Assembly: GCA_963776345.1 (NCBI GenBank)
Contig: CAVZMH010000019.1
Location: 288,001 to 352,000 of the forward strand
DNA: 64,000 nt
Direction: 5' to 3'
Source of the DNA: an uncultured delta proteobacterium
GTDB taxonomy: Bacteria; Myxococcota; Myxococcia; Myxococcales; Myxococcaceae
In this document: positions 9,855 to 18,819 of the stretch, piece by piece
Numbering within the stretch: the stretch's first letter is position 1
Layout of the letters: each line of letters opens with the position of its first letter
Notes under the pieces: model-generated
Seen by the model: the letters and a program-made list of their open reading frames with translations, nothing else
Databases searched by the model: none
Told to the model about the DNA's origin: nothing
Made by a program: the position numbers and the translations under genes

Positions 9855-10493
9855 ATGGCGACGCGCACCCCGAAGACCACGGCCGCGCCCTGGGTCCCGG
9901 ACCACGGAGGGCTCGCGGCGCTCCAGCACGCCTCGCAGGACTGCCGCGGCTGCGAGCTGTGGCGCAACGCCACCCGGACCGTCTTCGGCGAGGGCCCGGC
10001 GCATCCAGATCTCATGCTGGTGGGCGAGCAGCCCGGTGACACGGAGGACCTCGCCGGGCGTCCCTTCATCGGGCCGGCGGGGCGGGTGCTGGACGAGGCG
10101 CTGGCGGCGGTGGGCATCGACCGCGGCCGGGCCTACGTCACCAATGCGGTGAAGCACTTCAAGTGGGAGCGCGGCTCGGGGCAGCGGCGCATCCACGCCA
10201 GGCCGAACCAGGCGGAGATCCAGGCCTGCCGGCCCTGGCTGGAGGCGGAGCTCTCGGTGCTCGGACCGAAGGTCCTGGTCTGCCTCGGGTCCACCGCGGC
10301 ACAGGCGCTGCTCGGCGGCGCCTTCAGGGTGACGGTGCACCGGGGCGAGTGGGTCCCCTCGACGCTCGCGCCTCACGTCCTGGCGACGGTGCATCCGTCC
10401 TCGATCCTCCGGGCCCCGGACGAGGCGGCGAGGGTGGAGGCGATGCAGGCCTTCATCCGCGATCTCCGTCCGGTGGCGCGGCTCCTCGCTTGA
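9855..10493 (+). CDS. udgX: UdgX-family uracil-DNA binding/glycosylase protein
   Basis: CRGC, GEQPG, NAVKHFK, RRIH loop, CRPWL, HPSS motifs. Confidence 0.85.
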   Translation: MATRTPKTTAAPWVPDHGGLAALQHASQDCRGCELWRNATRTVFGEGPAHPDLMLVGEQPGDTEDLAGRPFIGPAGRVLDEALAAVGIDRGRAYVTNAVKHFKWERGSGQRRIHARPNQAEIQACRPWLEAELSVLGPKVLVCLGSTAAQALLGGAFRVTVHRGEWVPSTLAPHVLATVHPSSILRAPDEAARVEAMQAFIRDLRPVARLLA

Positions 10494-11376
10494 GGGGAGA
10501 CGCGCTCAGCATCATCTGGCTCCTGAATGCGACCGCCTCCTCCTCCCAGGCGTGGAGCGCCCGGAGGACCTCCTGGGCCTGGCGGTCGCGGTCGGTGCGC
10601 AGCCGGCGGAGCACCGCGTCCGTGCCCTGCGCGCCCCCGTCGCCGTGTGTGTCCACGAGGTCGACGCGCACGTCGGTGTCGTGGAGCGTGCCCAGGCTCT
10701 CCTGGAGCGGGACGATGCTCTCGAGGAGCTCCTGCACCTCGCCGGGCATCGCCGGCTCGAGCAGCTCGACCGCGTAGCGGAAGCGCTTCACCGTCTTCCG
10801 GAGCTCGTGCATCGGGGTCGGCGAGGGATCCTGCTGGGCGTCGACCACCCGCGCCTCGAGCACCTCCAGGTCCCCGATGAGCTCCCCCCGCAGCCGGTGG
10901 CCACCGAGCTTCCCCTTCGGCTCGAGCCGCTCCAGCCGCCCGAGGACCTCCAGGCCGCGCTGCTCCCAGCGAGGGATCGCCGCCGCCAGGATGTCCGCCT
11001 TCTCCGGCAGGCGGCCACCGAGGTGTTGCCGGACGTGCCGGAGCACGGTGCGCTCCAGCGGGCCCGCCCGGTCGCTCATCTGGCCGAAGGCGTCGAGCTG
11101 GACATGGAGGTCACGGACGTCGCCCAGCGCGTCCTGGAGCTCGCTGATGACGCGATCGGCCCGCCGCACCCGCTTCCCGTCCCCGAGCAGCGCGAGCGCC
11201 GCCCTCAGCCGTCGGCTCGCCACCCGGGCGTCGTGGACCGGGTCCGAGGCGAGGCGTGGTCCGAGCTTTGCCACGTGTCGCTGGAGGTCGGCCAGCCGGG
11301 TGGTGAGGAACGCGCGCGCGGCCTCGGACATGGGCGTCCCGGCGTCGAGGCCGCGAACGGGGGTGGGCTTGGCCAT
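10453..11376 (-). CDS. CHAD domain (polyphosphate-binding) protein
   Basis: VHDARVASRRLR, LQDALGDVRDLHV, MHELRKTVKRFRY, LGTLHDTDV. Confidence 0.85.
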   Translation of the reverse strand: MAKPTPVRGLDAGTPMSEAARAFLTTRLADLQRHVAKLGPRLASDPVHDARVASRRLRAALALLGDGKRVRRADRVISELQDALGDVRDLHVQLDAFGQMSDRAGPLERTVLRHVRQHLGGRLPEKADILAAAIPRWEQRGLEVLGRLERLEPKGKLGGHRLRGELIGDLEVLEARVVDAQQDPSPTPMHELRKTVKRFRYAVELLEPAMPGEVQELLESIVPLQESLGTLHDTDVRVDLVDTHGDGGAQGTDAVLRRLRTDRDRQAQEVLRALHAWEEEAVAFRSQMMLSASPLKRGAAPPDGDRG

Positions 11377-11392
11377 TCGAAGGCTCTCTCCC

Positions 11393-12253
11393 TCAGCCTC
11401 TCTCCAGCGCGCGCATCTCCGCGTCGTCGAGGATGAGCGCCGCCGCGGCGACGTTCTCCTCCAGATGCTCCACCGACGACGTTCCGGGGATGGGCAGCAT
11501 CACCGGCGACCTCAGCAGGAGCCACGCCAGCGCCACCTGGGCCGGGGTCGCCGCGTGCTTCCCGGCTGCCCGGTCCAGCGCCCCTCCCGCCTTCGCCAGC
11601 GCGCCGGCCCCCACCGGATACCAGGGCAGGAAGCCGAGCCCCTCGCGCGCGCAGAGCTGGAGCACGTCCTCCGACGCGCGGTCGCCGAGGTTGTACCGGT
11701 TCTGCACCGAGACGATGGGCACCAGGGCCCGCGCGCGCTGCAGCTGCTCGACGCTGACGTTGGACAGCCCGATGTGCCGGATCTTCCCTTCCCTGCGGAG
11801 GCGGATCAGCTCGCCGAGCGAGTCCTCCATCGGGACGGCCGCGTCCACCGCGTGCAGCTGGTAGAGGTCGATGCGGTCGACCCGGAGTCGCCGAAGGCTC
11901 CCCTCGCAGGCCTGGCGCAGATGCTCCGGGCGCCCGTTCCGGTGCCACTGCCCCGGACCGCTGCGGGTCAGCCCGCCCTTGGTGGCGACGACCAGCCCCG
12001 CGGGGTAGGGGTGCAGCGCCTCGGCGATGATCGTCTCGCTCACCTCGGGCCCGTACGAGTCCGCGGTGTCGATGAGGTTGACGCCGAGCTCGACCGCCCG
12101 GCGGAGCACGGCGTGGGCGCGGGCGCGGTCGGGAGGGTCCCCCCAGATGCCCTGGCCGGTGAGTCGCATGGCCCCGAAGCCCATGCGGCGGACGACGAGG
12201 TCACCTCCGAGGGTCATCGAGCCGGCGGCGGCGGCGGGAAGTTCGGTGGGCAT
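11393..12253 (-). CDS. aldo/keto reductase
   Basis: GFGAMRL, DTADSYG, ATKGG, IDLYQLH, IGLSN, SVQNRYN, PIPGT. Confidence 0.92.
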   Translation of the reverse strand: MPTELPAAAAGSMTLGGDLVVRRMGFGAMRLTGQGIWGDPPDRARAHAVLRRAVELGVNLIDTADSYGPEVSETIIAEALHPYPAGLVVATKGGLTRSGPGQWHRNGRPEHLRQACEGSLRRLRVDRIDLYQLHAVDAAVPMEDSLGELIRLRREGKIRHIGLSNVSVEQLQRARALVPIVSVQNRYNLGDRASEDVLQLCAREGLGFLPWYPVGAGALAKAGGALDRAAGKHAATPAQVALAWLLLRSPVMLPIPGTSSVEHLEENVAAAALILDDAEMRALERG

Positions 12254-12264
12254 CGGATGTCCTT

Positions 12265-12366
12265 TCAGCATGAATCGGCCGCGGAGAGCGAAGACCCGGG
12301 CGGCGTCTCCACCACGACCAGCACAGCTTCGCCCGTCCGCGCCGACAGACTGACCAGGTCTTTCAT
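12265..12366 (-). pseudogene. possible 5' remnant of a second inorganic-pyrophosphatase-like gene
   Basis: MKDLVSLSARTGEAVLVVVETPPGS resembles the VVVETPxGS N-terminus of family I PPases, then stops after 33 aa. Confidence 0.25.
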
Positions 12367-12384
12367 GCGATGGTCCCCGACGCC

Positions 12385-13527
12385 ATGCGCTTCGACACCC
12401 TCGCCATCCACGCCGGCCAGGAGCCGGATCCCACCACCGGCGCGATCATGACGCCGGTCTACCTCACCTCGACGTATGTGCAGGCCGGCCCCGGCGAGCA
12501 CAAGGGCTACGAGTACAGCCGGACCAGGAACCCCACCCGCACCGCGCTCGAGGGCTGCCTCGCCGCGCTGGAGGGTGCACGGTTCGGCGCGGCCTTCGCC
12601 TCGGGCTGTGCGGCCACCGACACCCTGATGCACCTGCTCGACAGCGGGGACCACGTCGTCTGCTCGGACGACGTCTACGGCGGCACGTTTCGACTGTTCG
12701 ACAAGGTCTTCAAGCGGCTGGGGCTGACCTTCAGCTTCGTGGACCTCTCCAAGCCGGGCACGCTCGAGGCGGCGCTGACGCCGAAGACCAAGATGGTCTG
12801 GGTGGAGACGCCGACCAACCCGACGCTGAAGCTCGTCGACCTCGCCCGGGTGGGGGAGATCGCCCGCGCCCGGAAGATCGTCTCGGTTTGCGACAACACC
12901 TTCCTCTCGCCGTACTTCCAGCGCCCGCTCGAGTTCGGTCTCGACGTGGTGGTGCACTCCACCACCAAGTACATCAACGGCCACAGCGACACCGTCGGCG
13001 GCTTCATCGCCACCAGCAACGAGGAGCTCGCCCAGCGCATCGCCTTCCTCCAGAACGCGGTGGGCGGGGTGCCCTCGGCGATGGACAGCTTCCTCGTGCT
13101 CCGCGGGGTCAAGACGCTCGGAGTCCGGATGGCGCGGCACGAGCAGAACGCGATGAAGGTCGCCGAGTTCCTGGTGGGCCAGAAGAAGGCCGGGCACGTG
13201 GTCTACCCGGGCCTGGCGAGCCACCCGCAGCACGCGCTCGCCCGGAAGCAGATGAAGGGCTTCGGCGGGATGCTCACCTTCGAGATCCAGGGCGGTCTCC
13301 CGGCGGCCCGGAAGTTCCTCAAGGGGGTCAAGGTGTTCGCCTGCGCCGAGTCGCTCGGCGGGGTGGAGAGCCTCATCGAGCACCCGGCGATCATGACCCA
13401 CGCCTCGGTGCCCCCGGAGACCCGGGCGGCGCTGGGCATCTCCGACGGGTTCATCCGGCTGTCGGTCGGCATCGAGGACGTCCAGGACCTCATCGACGAC
13501 CTCTCCCAGGCGCTCGCCCAGGCCTGA
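12385..13527 (+). CDS. metB: cystathionine gamma-lyase/synthase (PLP trans-sulfuration enzyme)
   Basis: YEYSRTRNPT, DDVYGGT, ETPTNP, DNTF, HSTTKYINGHSD, ESLGGVESL. Confidence 0.9.
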   Translation: MRFDTLAIHAGQEPDPTTGAIMTPVYLTSTYVQAGPGEHKGYEYSRTRNPTRTALEGCLAALEGARFGAAFASGCAATDTLMHLLDSGDHVVCSDDVYGGTFRLFDKVFKRLGLTFSFVDLSKPGTLEAALTPKTKMVWVETPTNPTLKLVDLARVGEIARARKIVSVCDNTFLSPYFQRPLEFGLDVVVHSTTKYINGHSDTVGGFIATSNEELAQRIAFLQNAVGGVPSAMDSFLVLRGVKTLGVRMARHEQNAMKVAEFLVGQKKAGHVVYPGLASHPQHALARKQMKGFGGMLTFEIQGGLPAARKFLKGVKVFACAESLGGVESLIEHPAIMTHASVPPETRAALGISDGFIRLSVGIEDVQDLIDDLSQALAQA

Positions 13528-13563
13528 TTCCGGGCGGTTCCGTCGACCTACCGGGCGGTCGGC

Positions 13564-13593
13564 TTGCACGCGGCCGCCCAGGTGGGCTAGCTC
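13564..13593 (+). promoter_or_regulatory. putative sigma70-type promoter of the his leader
   Basis: TTGCAC at 13564-13569 and a weak (C)TAGCT -10-like element at 13587-13593, about 9 nt before the leader GTG. Confidence 0.4.
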
Positions 13594-13601
13594 TGCAGTC
13601 C

Positions 13602-13688
13602 GTGGTCATCCAGCACCATCACCATGCGCACCATCGGCACGGGCCCGTCGGGTCGGTGCACGCGCATGGCGGTGTGTTCGCTCACTGA
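13602..13688 (+). CDS. hisL: his operon leader peptide (MVIQHHHHAHHRHGPVGSVHAHGGVFAH)
   Basis: 28-aa ORF with 10 His codons ending 96 nt upstream of hisG. Confidence 0.8.
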   Translation: MVIQHHHHAHHRHGPVGSVHAHGGVFAH

Positions 13689-13778
13689 CCCGCCCCCGCT
13701 GACACCGAAGAATCCCGACCGGGCCCTCCAGGCAGCCGCATCCCTGCGGCGTGCCTCGAGGGCCCTTCGCATCTGGAG
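13641..13778 (+). promoter_or_regulatory. his attenuator: alternative RNA structures
   Basis: Long hairpin 13721-13765 (GGGCCCTC-C-AGGCA-GCCGCA/TGCGGC-G-TGCCT-C-GAGGGCCC). Competing pairing 13641-13658 with 13703-13726. CTCCAG (13726-13731) is complementary to CTGGAG (13773-13778), which contains the SD. Confidence 0.65.
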
Positions 13779-13784
13779 AAGCAC

Positions 13785-14642
13785 ATGCTGCGCATCGCAC
13801 TACCGAACAAGGGCAGGCTGGCCGAGGACGTCAGAGGTGTCTTCGCCGACGCGGGCCTGGAGATCCGCGCCCGTGGCGAGCGGGCGCTCACCGCATCGCT
13901 CGGCGGCGAGTTCGAGGCCATCTTCGTCCGGAGCCAGGACATCCCCGAGCTGGTCTCGGACGGCGTGGCCGACGCGGGCGTCACCGGCTGGGACCTGGTC
14001 TGCGAGACCGGCCGGCCGGTCGACGTCCGGCTGGACCTCGAGTTCGGCCGCTGCCGGCTGGTGCTCGCCACCCGGGACGACTCGGGCATCGAGCGGGTGG
14101 AGCAGCTCCCGGCCGGGACGCGGGTGGCCACGGTCTTCCCCCGGCTCGCCAAGTCGTTCTTCGCCGAGAAGGGGCTGGCGGTGGAGGTGGTGCCGGTCTC
14201 CGGCGCGGCGGAGGTCGCGCCTCACCTGGGCATCGCCGACGTCGTCGTCGACCTCACCAGCACCGGGAGCACGCTCCGTACCAACGGTCTCAAGGAGGTC
14301 TGCACGCTGATCGAGTCGAGCGCGCGCCTCATCGCCCGTCCCGGCCTGGCTCCCGAAAAGGCCCGGGCGCTGAGCGAGCTGGAGGACGCGCTCGGCTCGG
14401 TGCTCCGTGCGCGCGGGAAGCGATATCTCATGGCCAACGTGCCGCGCGCCAGGCTGGAGGCGGTGCGGGAGGTGCTCCCGGGCCTGAGCGGGCCGACGGT
14501 CATCGAGCTGTACGGCGGCGGGGCCCTGGTGGCGGTGCACGCGGTGGTCGCCGAGGCCTCGCTCTACCGGACGGTGGCCGCGCTGAAGGCGCTCGGCGGC
14601 GAGGGCATCCTGGTCACCCGCATCGAGAGGCTCCTGCCGTGA
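13785..14642 (+). CDS. hisG: ATP phosphoribosyltransferase (long form)
   Basis: MLRIALPNKGRL, DIPELV..G.ADAGVTGWD, DLTSTGSTL, C-terminal regulatory domain. Confidence 0.95.
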   Translation: MLRIALPNKGRLAEDVRGVFADAGLEIRARGERALTASLGGEFEAIFVRSQDIPELVSDGVADAGVTGWDLVCETGRPVDVRLDLEFGRCRLVLATRDDSGIERVEQLPAGTRVATVFPRLAKSFFAEKGLAVEVVPVSGAAEVAPHLGIADVVVDLTSTGSTLRTNGLKEVCTLIESSARLIARPGLAPEKARALSELEDALGSVLRARGKRYLMANVPRARLEAVREVLPGLSGPTVIELYGGGALVAVHAVVAEASLYRTVAALKALGGEGILVTRIERLLP

Positions 14643-15943
14643 GTCTGCCGGTGCGGTGGACGGGCCCGCTGGCCGCGCTCGGCCCGGACGCGCTCCGGGC
14701 CCTGCTCTCGCGCGGCCAGGGCGACTCCGGCGCGCGGGACCTCCGCGCGCAGGTGGCCGGCCTCATCGCCGAGGTGCGGACCCGGGGGGACGGGGCGCTG
14801 CGCGAGCTCGCCCGGAAATACGACGGGGTCTCGCTCGCCTCGATCGAGGTGCCGCGCGACGCGGTCCGTGCCGCCCTGGACCGGCAGCCGCCTGCGCTCC
14901 GGCGCGCCCTGGAGCGCTCGGCCCGGAACGTCGCCCGCGTGCACTCCGCCTTCCGTCCGCAGGCGAGCCGGATCGAGGTGGAGCCCGGCGTCGTGGTGGA
15001 GCGGCGGCCGGATCCGCTGACCCGGGTCGGGGTCTACGCTCCCGGTGGCCGGGCAGCGTACCCCAGCAGCGTGCTGATGGGCGCGGTCCCGGCGCGGGTG
15101 GCCGGGGTGCGCGAGGTGGTCCTCTGCTCTCCGCCGGGGCCGAACGGGCTCCCCTCCGACCCGGTGCTCGCCGCGGCGGCGGTGGCCGAGGTGGACCGGG
15201 TGTTCGCCCTCGGCGGCGCGGGCGCCATCGCCGCGCTGGCCTACGGCACCGAGTCGGTCCCACCGGTGGACCGCATCGTCGGGCCGGGAAACGCCTGGGT
15301 CGCCGAGGCCAAGCTGCAAGTCTCGTCGCGCGTCCCCATCGACTCGCCGGCGGGTCCGTCCGAGCTCCTGGTCCTGCTCGACGCCACCTCCGACGTCGAG
15401 GCGGTGGCGCGCGAGCTGCTCGCCCAGGCCGAGCACGACCCGGAGGCGGCGGTGGTGGCGGTGGCGCTCGACGAGCGGACCGGGCAGCGGCTGCTCGAGC
15501 GGCTCGGGGCCCTCGTTCCCACCGCGGAGCGGACGGCCATCATCGGTCAGGCGCTGTCCAGCCGGGGGGCGGTGGTGGTGGCGAGCACCCTGGACGAGGC
15601 GGTCGACTTCGCCGAGCGCTGGGCCCCGGAGCACCTCATGCTCGCGGTCCAGGGCGCGCCCGAGCTCTCCCGCCGCATCCGGAACGCGGGCACCGTCTTC
15701 GTCGGCACCTCGAGCTCGGGCGCCTTCGGCGACTACCTGACCGGCGCCAACCACGTGCTGCCCACCGCCGGCGCGGCGCGGGCCTGGTCCGGGCTGTCCA
15801 CGCTGGACTTCGTGCGCTGGACCACCGTCCAGACCGTCTCCCGCGAGGGCGCGGCCTCGCTCGCTCCGGACACCGACGTCTTCGCCACCGCCGAGGGGCT
15901 GCACGCCCACGCCGCCGCCGCGCGGGCCTGGAGGGCGCCATGA
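14639..15943 (+). CDS. hisD: histidinol dehydrogenase
   Basis: GVYAPGGRAAYPSSVLM, VGPGNAWV, AGPSE, QAEHD, APEHL, GDYLTGANHVLPT; GTGA overlap. Confidence 0.95.
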   Translation: MSLPVRWTGPLAALGPDALRALLSRGQGDSGARDLRAQVAGLIAEVRTRGDGALRELARKYDGVSLASIEVPRDAVRAALDRQPPALRRALERSARNVARVHSAFRPQASRIEVEPGVVVERRPDPLTRVGVYAPGGRAAYPSSVLMGAVPARVAGVREVVLCSPPGPNGLPSDPVLAAAAVAEVDRVFALGGAGAIAALAYGTESVPPVDRIVGPGNAWVAEAKLQVSSRVPIDSPAGPSELLVLLDATSDVEAVARELLAQAEHDPEAAVVAVALDERTGQRLLERLGALVPTAERTAIIGQALSSRGAVVVASTLDEAVDFAERWAPEHLMLAVQGAPELSRRIRNAGTVFVGTSSSGAFGDYLTGANHVLPTAGAARAWSGLSTLDFVRWTTVQTVSREGAASLAPDTDVFATAEGLHAHAAAARAWRAP

Positions 15944-16983
15944 GCCCGGCGCGCCCTCGCCCGGTGCTGACCACGCTGCCGCTCTACTCCCCGGACCCGA
16001 GCCCGGTGGAGATCGACCTGAGCGACAACGTGAACATGTGGGGGGTGCCCCCCGCCGCGGAACGGGCGCTCCGGGATCCACTGGCCGCCCACCCGAGCGT
16101 CTATCCGCACTCGGACCCGGTGGAGCTGCGTCAGGCGCTCGCGGCGTACGCGGGGGTGAGCGCGGCGGAGGTCATCACCGGCTGCGGCTCGGACGACGTC
16201 ATCGACGGAGCGCTCCGCGCCTTCGCCGCGCCGGGCGAGAAGGTGGCCTACTCGGCCCCGAGCTTCTCCATGCTGGTGAACTTCACCCGGGTGAACGGCC
16301 TCGAGCCCGCGCCGGTGCCGTTCCGGAACGACGGCGACATCGAGCCGGACGCGCTCCTCGAGCAGCGCGCGGCCATCACCTACATCTGCAGCCCCAACAA
16401 CCCCACCGGGACCGGCGTCTCGCCCGCGGCGATCGAGCGCGTGGTCTCCCGTGCCGAGGGCCTGGTGCTGGTCGATGAGGCGTACGGCGAGTACTCGGGG
16501 CAGACCGCGGTCCCGCTGCTTCCCCGGGCGCCGCAGCTCCTGGTGACCCGGACGCTGTCCAAGGCGTTCGGGCTCGCCGGTCTCCGGGTCGGCTACGGGC
16601 TCGCGGCGCCCGAGGTGGTCCAGGTACTGGAGAAGGTGCGCGGGCCGTACAAGGTGAACGTCCTCGGCGAGCGGGTGGCGCTGGCGGCGCTCCGCGCGGA
16701 CGTGCCGTGGGTCCGCCGCCACGTCGAGGAGGCGCGGGGCCTCCGGGACCGGCTCCGGAGGGAGCTCGAGCGGCTGGGCCTCGCTCCGCTGCCCTCGGCG
16801 GCGAACTTCCTCTGCGTGCCGGTGCCCGACTCCGCCGCGGTGGGCAAGGCGCTGCTCGCCCGCGGCATCAAGGTGCGCGTCCTGCGGTCGCTCCCCGGCA
16901 TCGGCGACGCCTTCCGCGTGGGGGTGGGGCCGTGGGAGCAGATGGAGCGACTGGTCTCCGCCCTGCGCGAGGTGCTCCGGTGA
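15940..16983 (+). CDS. hisC: histidinol-phosphate aminotransferase
   Basis: GSDD, CSPNNPTG, VDEAYGEY, RTLSKAFGLAGLRVGY. Confidence 0.95.
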   Translation: MSPARPRPVLTTLPLYSPDPSPVEIDLSDNVNMWGVPPAAERALRDPLAAHPSVYPHSDPVELRQALAAYAGVSAAEVITGCGSDDVIDGALRAFAAPGEKVAYSAPSFSMLVNFTRVNGLEPAPVPFRNDGDIEPDALLEQRAAITYICSPNNPTGTGVSPAAIERVVSRAEGLVLVDEAYGEYSGQTAVPLLPRAPQLLVTRTLSKAFGLAGLRVGYGLAAPEVVQVLEKVRGPYKVNVLGERVALAALRADVPWVRRHVEEARGLRDRLRRELERLGLAPLPSAANFLCVPVPDSAAVGKALLARGIKVRVLRSLPGIGDAFRVGVGPWEQMERLVSALREVLR

Positions 16984-17573
16984 GGGTGGCGGTCCTCGAC
17001 ACCCGGGTGGGGAACGTCCACTCGCTGCTCAAGGCCCTGGCGGCGGCGGGCGGGGAGCCGCGCCTCGAGTCGCGCCCCGAGGCCTGTCTGGACGCCCCGA
17101 TGCTGGTCCTCCCCGGCGTGGGCGCGTTCCCGGCGGCGAGCGGGCTCCTGGCCGAGGCGCGCGAGGCGGTCCGGAAGCGGCTCCTCGGCGGTGCGCCCTG
17201 CCTCGGCATCTGCCTCGGGATGCAGCTCCTCCTGGACGAGAGCGAGGAGGGCCCCGGGGCCGGGCTGGGCGTCATCCCCGGCCGGGTGGTCCGGCTGGAG
17301 GCGCCCCGGGTCCCTCACATGGGATGGAACCAGGTCGAGGGGGAGGACCCCCTCCTGACCCGTTCCGGGCTGCGGACGGCCTACTACGCCCACAGCTTCG
17401 TCTGCCGCCCGGTGAATCCGGACGTCATCCAGGCAACGACGGAGCACGCGGGCGTCAGCTTTCCGGCGATGATTCGGTCCGGGGGCATGGTGGGCGTGCA
17501 GTTCCACCCCGAGAAGAGCGGCGCACCGGGCCTGGCGTTCCTGGCCGCGGTGCTCGAGGAGGTCGGCACATGA
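16980..17573 (+). CDS. hisH: imidazole glycerol phosphate synthase, glutaminase subunit
   Basis: LPGVGAF, GICLGMQ, PHMGWN, QFHPEKS. Confidence 0.95.
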   Translation: MRVAVLDTRVGNVHSLLKALAAAGGEPRLESRPEACLDAPMLVLPGVGAFPAASGLLAEAREAVRKRLLGGAPCLGICLGMQLLLDESEEGPGAGLGVIPGRVVRLEAPRVPHMGWNQVEGEDPLLTRSGLRTAYYAHSFVCRPVNPDVIQATTEHAGVSFPAMIRSGGMVGVQFHPEKSGAPGLAFLAAVLEEVGT

Positions 17574-18280
17574 GGGTCTTTCCGGCGATCGATCTGCGGG
17601 GCGGGGCCTGCGTCCAGTGGGTCGGTGGCGAACCCGACGCGGAGAAGATCCGCCTCCCCGACCCGGTGGAGGTGGCGCACCGCTGGAAGGCAGCGGGCTT
17701 CCGGGCGCTGCACCTCGTCGACCTCGACGCCGCCCTCGGGACCGGCTCGAACGCCGCGGTGATCGCCGCCATCGTCAAGGACTCGGGCCTGGAGGCCGAG
17801 GTGGGCGGCGGCGTGCGGGACGCCGATGCGATCCAGGGGCTGCTCGACCTGGGCGCCAGCCGGGTCATCGTGGGCACGCGCGCGCTGGAGGACCCCCGCT
17901 GGCTCGAGGAGATGGCCTTCAAGTTCCCCGGGAAGCTGGTGCTCGCCGCCGACACGCGCGAGCGCCAGGTGGTCACCCGGGGCTGGACACGGACCCTCAC
18001 CCAGGACGTGGGGGCGCTGATCGCCGGAGTGGACCCGCTGCCGCTGGCCGCAATTCTGGTGACCGCGGTGCACGTCGAGGGCCGGGAGGGGGGCACGGAC
18101 CTGGCCCTGATGTCCGAGCTGGTGGAGACCACCAGCCATCCCCTCCAGGCCTCCGGGGGCATCGCCTCCATGGACGAGCTGCGCCAGCTGGCCAGCGCCG
18201 GCGTGGCCGGGGCCATCCTGGGCATGGCGCTCTACACCGGGAAGATCGACGCCGCCGCCGCCGCGAAAGAGTTCCCGTGA
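17570..18280 (+). CDS. hisA: ProFAR isomerase
   Basis: FPAIDLRGG, LHLVDLDAA, EVGGGVR, ASGGI. Confidence 0.95.
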   Translation: MRVFPAIDLRGGACVQWVGGEPDAEKIRLPDPVEVAHRWKAAGFRALHLVDLDAALGTGSNAAVIAAIVKDSGLEAEVGGGVRDADAIQGLLDLGASRVIVGTRALEDPRWLEEMAFKFPGKLVLAADTRERQVVTRGWTRTLTQDVGALIAGVDPLPLAAILVTAVHVEGREGGTDLALMSELVETTSHPLQASGGIASMDELRQLASAGVAGAILGMALYTGKIDAAAAAKEFP

Positions 18281-18819
18281 GCGTCCGGCTGGTGCGAGAG
18301 ACGAAGGAGAGCCGGGTCGAGGTGGAGATCGGCCCGGGGACGGATCCGGCCCGCATCGAGACCGGCAAGCCGTTCTTCGACCACATGCTGGCGACGTTCG
18401 GACGCTACGCGGGGTTGAGCCTCGGCGTGAAGGCGCGCGGCGACCTGACCCATCACCTGATGGAGGACGTGGCCATCACCGTGGGGCTCGCCTTCCGGAA
18501 GATGGTCCCCGCGACGGCGGCGCGCTTCGGCGAGCGCACCGTGCCGATGGACGACGCGCTGGTGCAGGCAGCGGTGGACGTGGGCGGGCGGGCCTACTAC
18601 CGGGGCCGGCTCCCCAACGCGCTGTACGAGCACTGGATGCGGAGCTTCGCCGAGAACGCCGGGGCCACCGTGCACCTGCGCGTCATCCGCGGGCGCAACC
18701 GCCACCACGTCGTCGAGTGCGCGTTCAAGGCGCTGGGCCTGGCGCTGCGTGACGCGCTCGCCGAGGGCGGGACGGTGTTCAGCCTCAAGGGGTCGGTGAA
18801 GGTGACGGAGGGCGGCTGA
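18277..18819 (+). CDS. hisB: imidazoleglycerol-phosphate dehydratase
   Basis: RETKES, FFDHML, HHLMED, VPMDDAL, NRHHVVECAFKA. Confidence 0.93.
   Translation: MSVRLVRETKESRVEVEIGPGTDPARIETGKPFFDHMLATFGRYAGLSLGVKARGDLTHHLMEDVAITVGLAFRKMVPATAARFGERTVPMDDALVQAAVDVGGRAYYRGRLPNALYEHWMRSFAENAGATVHLRVIRGRNRHHVVECAFKALGLALRDALAEGGTVFSLKGSVKVTEGG

Noticed and set aside
12272..12384. SAM riboswitch or Thr-rich leader upstream of metB
   Set aside because: No SAM-I/II core motifs recognised, and the ACC-ACG-ACC run lacks a credible start and attenuator.
13721..13772. Intrinsic terminator in the his leader
   Set aside because: The hairpin is followed by TTCGCATC, not a U-tract; treated as an alternative regulatory structure instead.
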